From the NCBI GenBank assembly GCA_938088195.1, contig CALKEO010000001.1, forward strand, positions 16,716-80,715: a stretch of DNA of 64,000 bases, in the 5' to 3' direction. The notes under the pieces were generated by a model. That model did not search any database. It was not told the DNA's origin and saw only the letters and a list, made by a program, of their open reading frames with translations. This stretch comes from an uncultured Flavobacteriaceae bacterium. Lineage in GTDB: Bacteria > Bacteroidota > Bacteroidia > Flavobacteriales > Flavobacteriaceae. The translations under genes and the position numbers were made by a program. This document shows, one piece after another, positions 10,429-19,344 of the stretch (position 1 is the stretch's first letter; the number at the start of each line of letters is the position of its first letter).

Positions 10429-11250
10429 ATGTCATACAATCTTTTAAAAGGAAAAAAAGGAATTATTTTTGGAGCACTTGATGAAAGTTCAATTGCCTGG
10501 AAAACTGCTGAAAGAGTATTTGAGGAGGGCGGTGAGTTTGTTCTTACTAATGCACCTATTGCTTTAAGAATGGGAAATGTAGATGAATTAGCAAAAAAAA
10601 CTAATTCTAAACTTATACCAGCTGATGCTACTAAGTTAGATGATTTAGAAAATCTTATAAAACAAACAATGGAACTTTTTGACGGTAAAATAGATTTCGT
10701 TTTGCATTCAATTGGTATGTCAGTTAATGTTAGGAAAGGAAGACACTACACTGATTTAAATCACGAATGGATGGGAAAAGGATGGGACGTCTCAGCAGTT
10801 TCTTTTCATAAATTACTTCAAAGCTTATATAAATTAGATGCTATGAACGAGTGGGCAAGTATAGTCGCTCTTTCGTATATGGCAGCTCAGAGAGTATTTC
10901 CCAATTATAATGATATGGCAGATAACAAAGCTTATTTAGAGTCAATAGCTAGAAGTTTTGGATATTTTTTTGGAAAGGAAAAAAAGGTCAGAGTAAATAC
11001 AATTTCTCAATCACCAACACCAACTACAGCTGGGAAAGGAGTCAAAGGATTTGATGGTTTTATAAATTATGCCGAAAAAATGTCTCCCCTTGGAAATGCT
11101 TCCGCAACAGATTGTGCAAATTATACCATAACTCTATTTTCAGACTTGACAAAAAGAGTCACTTTACAAAATTTGTATAATGATGGAGGATTTTCGAACG
11201 TTGGAGTAAGTCAAGAAGTTATTGATATTATATCAAATGATGAATCTTGA
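10429..11250 (+). CDS. fabI: Enoyl-[acyl-carrier-protein] reductase (NADH)
   Basis: 273 aa. GALDESSIAW N-terminus, SYMAAQRV...DNKAYLES (Tyr/Lys catalytic pair region), long FabI-type C-terminus. Confidence 0.88.
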   Translation: MSYNLLKGKKGIIFGALDESSIAWKTAERVFEEGGEFVLTNAPIALRMGNVDELAKKTNSKLIPADATKLDDLENLIKQTMELFDGKIDFVLHSIGMSVNVRKGRHYTDLNHEWMGKGWDVSAVSFHKLLQSLYKLDAMNEWASIVALSYMAAQRVFPNYNDMADNKAYLESIARSFGYFFGKEKKVRVNTISQSPTPTTAGKGVKGFDGFINYAEKMSPLGNASATDCANYTITLFSDLTKRVTLQNLYNDGGFSNVGVSQEVIDIISNDES

Positions 11251-11286
11251 TTTTTAAAAGTACTAATCATATTATGGTTTAATAAA

Positions 11287-11877
11287 ATGAAACATATTGG
11301 TCTTACCGGCGGAATTGGTTCAGGAAAAACTACTGTTTCCAAGATACTGGTAAAAAACGGCATCCCTGTTTACGATTCCGATTCAAACGCAAAGTTGCTT
11401 ATGAATTCCTCTAATGAAATAAAAAAATTAATAATAAATCATTTTGGCAAACTTTCCTACACGAATAATAAATTAAATAATAAATATATCTCTAAAATTA
11501 TTTTTAATAATCCTGTTGAAATGAATAGGATTAATTCTTTAATACACCCGTTTGTTCACGATAATTTCAATAAATGGAAAAATAATTTTTCTTCAAAATA
11601 TGTTATTTTCGAATCAGCAATTATTTTTGAAACAGGATCTTATGAGAAATTTGATTTTAATATTCTTGTTTTATCTGATATTGAAAAAAGAATTAAAAGA
11701 GTTATAAATAGAGATTTTTCAAGTGAAGATGATGTTTTAACTAGAATTAAAAGTCAGTGGATTGACGACAAAAAAATTCCTTTTGCTGATTATGTAATAA
11801 AAAATAATAAATCTTTTAAATCTCTTGAAAACAATGTTTTAATGATGATAGATACTTTAAATAAAAAGTTTATTTAA
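11287..11877 (+). CDS. coaE: Dephospho-CoA kinase
   Basis: 196 aa. P-loop GLTGGIGSGKTT at the N-terminus. Confidence 0.9.
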   Translation: MKHIGLTGGIGSGKTTVSKILVKNGIPVYDSDSNAKLLMNSSNEIKKLIINHFGKLSYTNNKLNNKYISKIIFNNPVEMNRINSLIHPFVHDNFNKWKNNFSSKYVIFESAIIFETGSYEKFDFNILVLSDIEKRIKRVINRDFSSEDDVLTRIKSQWIDDKKIPFADYVIKNNKSFKSLENNVLMMIDTLNKKFI

Positions 11878-11885
11878 TATTATAA

Positions 11886-13472
11886 ATGAATAAGAAAATT
11901 TATTTTACACTAATCCTAATAATGAGCATAGCTCTTTTAGGCATTATTCTTGTCCAATCTTTTTGGATTAAAACCACATTAGATAATAAAGAAGAACAAT
12001 TTTCTCTTAATATTAATCAAGCCCTGAAGTCCGTTTCTGAACAAATACAAAGTAGAGAATTGAGAGATTATTTAGCTGTATATCAAAAATTAATTGATAG
12101 TATAGGTTCACCAAAAGAGTCTCAATTAACAGCAGTTTTTAAATATGTTGATAGAAATGAAAACACAAATCAAACTTACATATACTCTCACGGAATTTTA
12201 GAGGAAGATTATAATATTTCAGCTAAATTATTTGAACCAAAATCAAGCGATACAAACTCTATTCTTGAATACAAAGGAATTAAAACTACAACTATAATTG
12301 ATGAAGCTTTCGATAGAGAAATGCAGAATATGAGTAGTATTGAAAGACTTCAAAGAGTTGAACGACTAACCTTATTAGATAAAGCTAAATATGCATCTGT
12401 TTTTATGGAACTTGCTGCTTTAAAGCCTATTCACAGAAGATTAACTAACATTGAACTTGAGCTATTATTACAAAGAGAATTAAGAGATAGGGACATTACT
12501 ATTCCATTTCAATACAGAGTTTTTAACGGGGAGTTTGCTACCAAAGTTGGATCAGATAATTACACAAATTTAGAGGGATTGAAAAAATACGAATCTCCAT
12601 TATTTGTTAACGAAAAGGGTGACAGTGATTTTGAACTAGTTATTGCTTTTCCAGAAAGAAAGTCATACTTGAGATCTTCGTTAAACAATTTGATTTTATT
12701 ATCATTATTGTTTACTCTAACAATAATAATAACTTTTTCTTCGACTATTTATCATTTTTTAAGACAAAAAAAGGTTAACGAAATAAAATCCGATTTTATA
12801 AATAATATGAGTCATGAATTTAAAACCCCAATAGCCACTATAAAACTGGCACTCGATGCAATTAACAATGATAAAATCCAAAACGACTTGGACAAAAGAA
12901 AAAAATATTTAAAAATGATAAAGGAAGAAAATGATAGAATGAACTCACAGGTTGAAAATGTTTTAAGAATATCTCAACTTGAGAGAAAAGAAAATATTTT
13001 AAGAAAATCCAAGCATGATATTCATGATATTATTAAAAGTTCGGTTTCACATTTAGATTTGTTATTCAAAGAAAAAAATGTAATTCTTTCAAAGGATTTT
13101 TCATCAAATTATTCGAATCTTAACATTTCAAAAGAAAGTTTTTTTAATGTCTTTGTTAATATTTTAGAAAATGCAATCAAATATTCTGATTTCAACCCTA
13201 AAATAAATATCAAAACCTTTGATCTAAATGAAACAATTTCAATCGAAATAAATGATAATGGAATTGGAATGAATTCGAACGTTAAAGACAAAATTTTTGA
13301 AAAATTTTACAGAGAAACTAAGGGAAATGTTCATAATATCAAAGGACATGGTTTAGGCTTGTCTTACGTGAAAAAAATAATAGATCTTCATAATGGCACA
13401 ATTTATGTAGATAGTGAGATAGGAATAGGTAGTACTTTTACTATTAACTTGCCTCACAAGGATATCAAATAA
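11886..13472 (+). CDS. Two-component sensor histidine kinase
   Basis: 528 aa. Two TM segments flank a periplasmic domain of about 250 aa. H-box SHEFKTP, G1 NDNGIGM, G2 GHGLGLS. Confidence 0.92.
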   Translation: MNKKIYFTLILIMSIALLGIILVQSFWIKTTLDNKEEQFSLNINQALKSVSEQIQSRELRDYLAVYQKLIDSIGSPKESQLTAVFKYVDRNENTNQTYIYSHGILEEDYNISAKLFEPKSSDTNSILEYKGIKTTTIIDEAFDREMQNMSSIERLQRVERLTLLDKAKYASVFMELAALKPIHRRLTNIELELLLQRELRDRDITIPFQYRVFNGEFATKVGSDNYTNLEGLKKYESPLFVNEKGDSDFELVIAFPERKSYLRSSLNNLILLSLLFTLTIIITFSSTIYHFLRQKKVNEIKSDFINNMSHEFKTPIATIKLALDAINNDKIQNDLDKRKKYLKMIKEENDRMNSQVENVLRISQLERKENILRKSKHDIHDIIKSSVSHLDLLFKEKNVILSKDFSSNYSNLNISKESFFNVFVNILENAIKYSDFNPKINIKTFDLNETISIEINDNGIGMNSNVKDKIFEKFYRETKGNVHNIKGHGLGLSYVKKIIDLHNGTIYVDSEIGIGSTFTINLPHKDIK

Positions 13473-13473
13473 T

Positions 13474-14178
13474 ATGAAAAATAATCTTAAAAATATTTTA
13501 TTGGTTGAGGACGACTTAAATTTTGGTTCTGTTTTAAATGATTTTTTAAATCTTCATTCTTACAATGTTGTTTTAGCAAAGAATGGAATAGAAGGGCTAG
13601 AAAAATTTAAAAAAAATCAATTTGGTTTATGCATTTTAGATGTTATGTTACCTTTTAAAGATGGTTTTACCTTAGCCAGAGAGATTAGGGAGATTGATAA
13701 AGATGTTCCTTTATTTTTCTTGACAGCTAAGACTTTAAAAGATGATGTTTTAAAAGGATATAAGTTAGGTGCAGATGACTATTTAACTAAACCTTTCGAT
13801 TCGGACATATTATTATTAAAAATTAAATCTATTTTAAAAAGAAAAAAAATTACAGAAAATAAAGAAAACACAAAGTTCCTGTATGATTTTGCTGATTTTA
13901 GTTTTAATTCAAAACTTAGAACTCTAAAATATAATTCTGAACCTAATATAAAATTATCTCCTAAAGAAAATCAATTATTAAAGATGCTATTGAATCATTT
14001 AAATGATTTAATGCCTAGAGAATTAGCATTAGTTAAAATATGGAACGATGACAATTATTTTACATCTAGAAGTATGGATGTTTATATTGCCAAAATAAGA
14101 AAATATTTGAGTAAAGATTCGAGAATAGAAATTGAAAATATTCATGGTGAAGGATTTAGGTTAATTGTTAAAAAATAG
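13474..14178 (+). CDS. OmpR/PhoB-family response regulator
   Basis: 234 aa. Receiver LLVEDD...LDVMLP...LTAK plus a winged-helix C-terminus (EGFRLIV). Lies 1 nt after the kinase stop. Confidence 0.93.
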   Translation: MKNNLKNILLVEDDLNFGSVLNDFLNLHSYNVVLAKNGIEGLEKFKKNQFGLCILDVMLPFKDGFTLAREIREIDKDVPLFFLTAKTLKDDVLKGYKLGADDYLTKPFDSDILLLKIKSILKRKKITENKENTKFLYDFADFSFNSKLRTLKYNSEPNIKLSPKENQLLKMLLNHLNDLMPRELALVKIWNDDNYFTSRSMDVYIAKIRKYLSKDSRIEIENIHGEGFRLIVKK

Positions 14179-15082
14179 TATTATTTTTTTGTCTAGGATG
14201 AAACTTTATTAAAGAATCAACTAGGTGTTTTTTATTTACGTGAAGATATCTTTCCGTCGTTGTTATGCTTTCATGACCCATCATTTTTTGAATTGTAATT
14301 AAGTCTGCACCATTTTCAATTAGATGTGTAGCAAAAGAGTGTCTCAAGGTGTGAGGACCTATTTTTTTATTTATATTAGATTTTTTTTTTAATTTATTTA
14401 CAATAATAAATATCATATTTCTTGATAAATTTGTTCCTCTTTCATTTAAAAATAGAGTATCCTCAAAGTTTTTTTTTATCTTATGATTTTGTCGTATTTC
14501 GTTTAGATAATTATTAATGTATTTTTGAGATAGCTTACTTATTGGAACAAACCTTTCCTTATTTCCTTTCCCTGTAACTTTTATTAACGATTCTTTGAAA
14601 AATAAATCCGAAATTTTTAAGTTAACCAGTTCAGAAACTCTTAATCCACAACTATATAACAATTCTATTATTGCAACATTCCTAATGCCTGTTTTTGATG
14701 TTAATTTAATATTAGAAATCATTTTGTCAATTTCTTTTAATGTCAAAGTTGTAGGAAGGTGAACACCAATTTTTGGGGTTTCTATGTTTTTCATTGGATT
14801 AATTTCAATTAATTCTTCTAAAATTAAATAATCATAAAATCTTCTTAATCCAGAGATAATTCTAGCTTGAGTTTGAGGTTTTATTTCTTTTGAAATATGG
14901 TAAATGAATTCTTTAATTATTTCTGACTCTAATTTTAAAGGCTCCTTATTAATTTTATTTATTTTTAAATAAATAATTAACTTTTTAACATCAAACAAAT
15001 AGCTTTCAATAGTATTTAATGATAGGTTTCTTTCGATTTTCAAGTAATTTTTAAAATCATTAATGGCTACATCCCATTTCAT
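14168..15082 (-). CDS. xerD: Site-specific tyrosine recombinase XerD
   Basis: 304 aa. Catalytic region HTLRHSFATHL...GH...TTERYLHV. Convergent 11-nt overlap with the response regulator. Confidence 0.88.
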   Translation of the reverse strand: MKWDVAINDFKNYLKIERNLSLNTIESYLFDVKKLIIYLKINKINKEPLKLESEIIKEFIYHISKEIKPQTQARIISGLRRFYDYLILEELIEINPMKNIETPKIGVHLPTTLTLKEIDKMISNIKLTSKTGIRNVAIIELLYSCGLRVSELVNLKISDLFFKESLIKVTGKGNKERFVPISKLSQKYINNYLNEIRQNHKIKKNFEDTLFLNERGTNLSRNMIFIIVNKLKKKSNINKKIGPHTLRHSFATHLIENGADLITIQKMMGHESITTTERYLHVNKKHLVDSLIKFHPRQKNNTIF

Positions 15083-15145
15083 AAATTATATTAAAAAGAA
15101 ATAATTAAAAAATTAAATTTTTATCTTTAGATATTAATATTTAAT

Positions 15146-15562
15146 ATGAAATTACAAATTATTAACGGTCCAAATTTAAATTTATTAGGAACTAGAGAAA
15201 AAAATATTTATGGGAACCAAGATTTTAACAGATATTTTAAAAGTTTACAACTAAAACATAAAGATTTAGATCTTCACTATTTCCAATCAAATATTGAAGG
15301 AGAATTGATTGATAAAATTCAAGAGGTAGGATTTGATTTTGATGGTATCATAATTAATGCTGCCGCCTACACGCATACGTCTGTTGGTATTGGAGATGCA
15401 ATAAGATCAATTACTACACCTGTAATTGAGGTTCATATTTCAAATACCTATTCCAGAGAGGAATTTAGACATAAATCTTTTTTAAGTCCTCACGTGGTTG
15501 GAATTATTTTAGGATTTGGTTTAAAAAGTTATGATTTAGCTGTTTCTAGTTTTTTGAACTAA
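15146..15562 (+). CDS. aroQ: Type II 3-dehydroquinate dehydratase
   Basis: 138 aa. INGPNLNLLGTRE and EVHISN motifs. Confidence 0.95.
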   Translation: MKLQIINGPNLNLLGTREKNIYGNQDFNRYFKSLQLKHKDLDLHYFQSNIEGELIDKIQEVGFDFDGIIINAAAYTHTSVGIGDAIRSITTPVIEVHISNTYSREEFRHKSFLSPHVVGIILGFGLKSYDLAVSSFLN

Positions 15563-16954
15563 CTACAAATGAATAACTTCTCCATAAGCGTCTGCAACTG
15601 CCTCCATAACTGCTTCACTCATTGTAGGATGAGGATGGATAGCTTTTAATACTTCATGCCCCGTTGTTTCTAGCTTTCTTCCCAGCACTGCCTCAGCAAT
15701 CATATCTGTTACTCCTTCTCCAATCATGTGACAACCTAACCATTCCCCATATTTTGAGTCAAAAATTACTTTTACAAATCCTTCGCTTTTACCCGAAGCT
15801 TGAGCCTTCCCCGATGCGCTAAAAGGAAATTTACCGACTTTAATATCATAACCAGCTTCTATGGCTTTATCTTCTGTTAATCCTACAGAAGCAATTTCAG
15901 GTGAGCAGTATGTACATCCAGGTACATTTTCGTAATCTAGTGGGGATACATCCATACCTTTTATTTTTTCAACACACAGTATGCCTTCAGCAGATGCTAC
16001 ATGTGCTAAAGCTTGGCCTTGAACCACATCACCAATAGCATAGTAGCCCTTAACATTAGTTTGATAAAATTCATCCGTTATAATTTTATCATTTTTAACT
16101 TTTATTCCAATTTCCTCCAAACCAATATTTTCTATATTCGTTTTAATGCCAACAGCACTTAAAACAATGTCTGATGTGATTTTTTTATTTTCGTTACTAC
16201 TTGTTTTGATATCTAATTCGACACCAGAATCTGTTAATTTAGAATTAATAACTTCAGAAGAGGTTAAAAAAGTTATTCCTTTCTTTTTTAAATTTTTCTC
16301 TAACTCCTTAGAAATTTCTTTGTCCTCAACAGGAACTATTCTATTTTGAAATTCGATAACTGTAACGTTGGATCCCATCGAATTGTAAAAAAAAGCAAAT
16401 TCAATTCCAATTGCCCCGGAGCCTACAATAGTTATATTATTTGGTTGTTTTTCCAGTGTCATTGCCTCTCGATAGCCAATAATATTTTTTCCATCTTGTT
16501 TTAAATTTGGAAGTTCTCTTGATCTTGAACCAGTTGAAATTATAATTTTTTCAGCGTGGATTAGAGATTCTTCTTTATGATTAGTAACTGTAACAGTTTT
16601 ATTGTCAGTTAATTTTCCAAAACCATTAAAGACTTTTATTTTATTTTTTTTCATTAAAAAAGCTACTCCTTTACTCATAGTATTAGCTACTTTTCTACTT
16701 CTGCTTATAACAGAGTTAAAATCTTTATTAACATCATTTACTTTTAAACCATATTCTTCAGAGTTTTTTAGGTATTCGAATACTTGAGCTGATTTTAATA
16801 AAGCTTTAGTTGGAATACAACCCCAATTTAGACAAACACCGCCTAAACTCTCTTTTTCTACAATTACAGTTGATAAACCTAACTGAGAAGCTCTTATTGC
16901 TGTAACATATCCAGCAGGTCCTCCACCAAGTATGATTAAATCAAATTTTTCCAT
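15563..16954 (-). CDS. lpdA: Dihydrolipoyl dehydrogenase
   Basis: 463 aa. FAD fold GGGPAGY, redox disulfide CLNWGCIPTK, C-terminal HPHPTMSE His-Glu pair. Confidence 0.93.
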   Translation of the reverse strand: MEKFDLIILGGGPAGYVTAIRASQLGLSTVIVEKESLGGVCLNWGCIPTKALLKSAQVFEYLKNSEEYGLKVNDVNKDFNSVISRSRKVANTMSKGVAFLMKKNKIKVFNGFGKLTDNKTVTVTNHKEESLIHAEKIIISTGSRSRELPNLKQDGKNIIGYREAMTLEKQPNNITIVGSGAIGIEFAFFYNSMGSNVTVIEFQNRIVPVEDKEISKELEKNLKKKGITFLTSSEVINSKLTDSGVELDIKTSSNENKKITSDIVLSAVGIKTNIENIGLEEIGIKVKNDKIITDEFYQTNVKGYYAIGDVVQGQALAHVASAEGILCVEKIKGMDVSPLDYENVPGCTYCSPEIASVGLTEDKAIEAGYDIKVGKFPFSASGKAQASGKSEGFVKVIFDSKYGEWLGCHMIGEGVTDMIAEAVLGRKLETTGHEVLKAIHPHPTMSEAVMEAVADAYGEVIHL

Positions 16955-16956
16955 AT

Positions 16957-17415
16957 TTATTTTTTATTGAATGTTAAAGCAGCTGAATTTATACAATATC
17001 GTTTGCCAGTAGTTTCTTTTGGACCATCATTAAATACATGTCCCAGATGTCCATTGCATTTAGAACATTTGACTTCAATTCTATTCATATTATGAGAAAG
17101 ATCTTTAATATATAATATTGAACTTGGAATAGCTTTGTCAAAACTTGGCCACCCACAGTTGCTTTCATATTTGTTAGTGCTATCAAAGAGAATTTGGTCA
17201 CATCCTTTGCATTTATATGAACCTTTTTCAAAATGTAGGTTATATTCTCCTGTAAATGGTCTTTCAGTGTAAGAATTTCTAAGTACTTGATAACTTAGGT
17301 TGTCCAAATCATTTTTCCATTCTTTATCGCTTTTTTCCATTTTATTTATGTTTTGTGAAAAGTTATAGTTAGTCATAAAACATGACAAAGTAATAATTAT
17401 GTAAATTTTCTTCAT
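16957..17415 (-). CDS. msrB: Peptide-methionine (R)-S-oxide reductase MsrB, exported
   Basis: 152 aa with an N-terminal signal. Canonical CKGC, GWPSF, CSKCNGHLGHVFNDGP and RYCINS. Confidence 0.92.
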   Translation of the reverse strand: MKKIYIIITLSCFMTNYNFSQNINKMEKSDKEWKNDLDNLSYQVLRNSYTERPFTGEYNLHFEKGSYKCKGCDQILFDSTNKYESNCGWPSFDKAIPSSILYIKDLSHNMNRIEVKCSKCNGHLGHVFNDGPKETTGKRYCINSAALTFNKK

Positions 17416-17813
17416 TTATTTAAAGATTTAAATATTAATGCATTTTTTGAAACACAATGTCTGTTTCCTGTTGTTTCTTTTGGGCCATCATTCCAAACAT
17501 TACCCAATTTCGTGCCACATTTTTTACATGTAAGAACAGTTTTATTATTTTTTATTTTATAATCTAATTTGAATTTAACTTTGTTATTCATAGACAAATC
17601 AAAACTTTCATTTTCATCATCAGAATTATAATTATTTTCAGATTTGTAAAGCGGTTGATTACATTTCACACAATAATAAATACCCTTATTTATATTATTT
17701 GATTTTACTAATTCTTTTTTTTCAACTGTAGAACCTAAAGCTTTTTTTTGTTCAATACTGTCACATCTTGAAAGAATAATAACCAAAAAAATAATTAAAA
17801 AGTTTTTATTCAT
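17412..17813 (-). CDS. Divergent MsrB-fold protein lacking the conserved His/Trp substrate-site residues
   Basis: 133 aa with an N-terminal signal. Keeps CVKC, CKKC, NDGPKETTG and RHCVS, but has no GWPSF and reads TKLGNVW in place of GHLGHVF. ATGA overlap with msrB. Confidence 0.7.
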   Translation of the reverse strand: MNKNFLIIFLVIILSRCDSIEQKKALGSTVEKKELVKSNNINKGIYYCVKCNQPLYKSENNYNSDDENESFDLSMNNKVKFKLDYKIKNNKTVLTCKKCGTKLGNVWNDGPKETTGNRHCVSKNALIFKSLNK

Positions 17814-17908
17814 TTTTTTAAATAAACAATTACAAAATTACTTAATAATTTTAAAATATTTAGACAATTTGAATTAAGTATATTGCACATTATTTATTAA
17901 TTAATATT

Positions 17909-19231
17909 ATGTCTAAAAATAAATTTATTAAAGGAGACATTAAGGTTTTAAACGCATGGGCTTTTTATGATTGGGCAAATTCAGTTTATCCATTAGTTAT
18001 TTCATCTGCTGTTTTTCCAATATATTATGGTTCTTTATTTGTTGACGATCTTTATGTGGAACTTCTAGGTTTTAATTTTAAAAATACTGCACTTATTAGT
18101 TTTCTAACTGCTTTTGCTTTTGTTGTTCTATCATTTATGACTCCACTTTTATCAGGAATTGCTGATTATATGGGAAATAAAAAAAAATTTTTAAAGTTTT
18201 TTTGTTATTCAGGTTCAATTTCGTGTATGGGCTTATATTGGTTCGATTTATCAAATATATATTTTGGTTTGTTTTTTTATTTTACTGCTTTAATATCTTT
18301 TTGGGCAAGTTTAGTGTTTTATAATTCATATTTACCAGATATAGCTTTTAAAAATCAACAAGATGCAATAAGCGCAAAAGGTTATGCCCTTGGATATTTT
18401 GGAAGTGTTCTATTATTAGTTTTTAATTTAGCTATGGTTATGTATCCCGAAACTTTTGGCATTATTGGAGACAATTCTGAATCGATTGCTATGAGATATT
18501 CTTTTGTAAGTGTTGGTATTTGGTGGATTATATTTAGTCAATACACTTTTTATTTTTTACCTGCTCCAAATAAAAAAAGGGAAATTATAAAAGATGTGAT
18601 TTGGAATGGATTTAAAGAAATAATTGATGTTTGGAACGAATTGAAAAAAATATCGCTAATTAAAAATTATTTAATAGCATTTTTCATTTATAGTTCTGCA
18701 CTTCAAACCGTGTTGCTAATTGCTGCATATTTTGGTGAACAAGAAATTATTTGGCCAGAGGGAGAAAAAACAATTGGCCTTATTGTAAGTATTTTATTAA
18801 TTCAATTAATTGCGATATTTGGAGCTATTTTTACTTCAAAACTTTCAGAAAAATTTGGAAATATATTTACATTAATAATTTTAAATTTATTTTGGGCTTT
18901 TTTATGTATCGGAGCTTATTTTATTAATCAACCCCTTGAATTCTACATAGCTGCTGGCTTAGTTGGTTTAGTAATGGGAGGAATACAAGCATTATCCAGA
19001 TCTACCTTTTCTAAGATGATTCCAAAGACTGAAAACACTACGTCTTATTTTAGTTTTTTCGATGTGTCTCAGAAGGTTAGTATTGTTTTTGGGATGACTC
19101 TGTTTGCTTTTTTAGATCAAATTACTGGAAGCATGAGAACTTCAATATTAGTTTTTGTTGTAATATTTTTAATTGGCGCATTTCTTCTAAAAAGAATTAA
19201 GATTAATGATTACTCGAATGATGTGGCATGA
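17909..19231 (+). CDS. MFS transporter (UMF1/Atg22-like family)
   Basis: 440 aa with about 12 hydrophobic helices. N-terminal WAFYDWANSVY motif typical of this family. Confidence 0.8.
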   Translation: MSKNKFIKGDIKVLNAWAFYDWANSVYPLVISSAVFPIYYGSLFVDDLYVELLGFNFKNTALISFLTAFAFVVLSFMTPLLSGIADYMGNKKKFLKFFCYSGSISCMGLYWFDLSNIYFGLFFYFTALISFWASLVFYNSYLPDIAFKNQQDAISAKGYALGYFGSVLLLVFNLAMVMYPETFGIIGDNSESIAMRYSFVSVGIWWIIFSQYTFYFLPAPNKKREIIKDVIWNGFKEIIDVWNELKKISLIKNYLIAFFIYSSALQTVLLIAAYFGEQEIIWPEGEKTIGLIVSILLIQLIAIFGAIFTSKLSEKFGNIFTLIILNLFWAFLCIGAYFINQPLEFYIAAGLVGLVMGGIQALSRSTFSKMIPKTENTTSYFSFFDVSQKVSIVFGMTLFAFLDQITGSMRTSILVFVVIFLIGAFLLKRIKINDYSNDVA

Positions 19232-19344
19232 ATCTTGAATAATATTAAAGATAAAAAAAAACAATTCAAGTTATTTTATTTCTTTACTGAGTAATTCTCA
19301 TTTTAGGATTTATTAACCTGACATTTTGACTTTATAAATAATTT

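Noticed and set aside
14381-14390. Homopolymer A/T tracts of 10 nt in xerD (14381-14390), 5'-NT (3240-3249) and ptrB (45660-45669) as phase-variation switches
   Set aside because: All of them encode Lys runs in housekeeping genes of a very AT-rich genome, with no contingency-gene context. Only the dnaX tract is retained as a finding, because of its position and known precedents.
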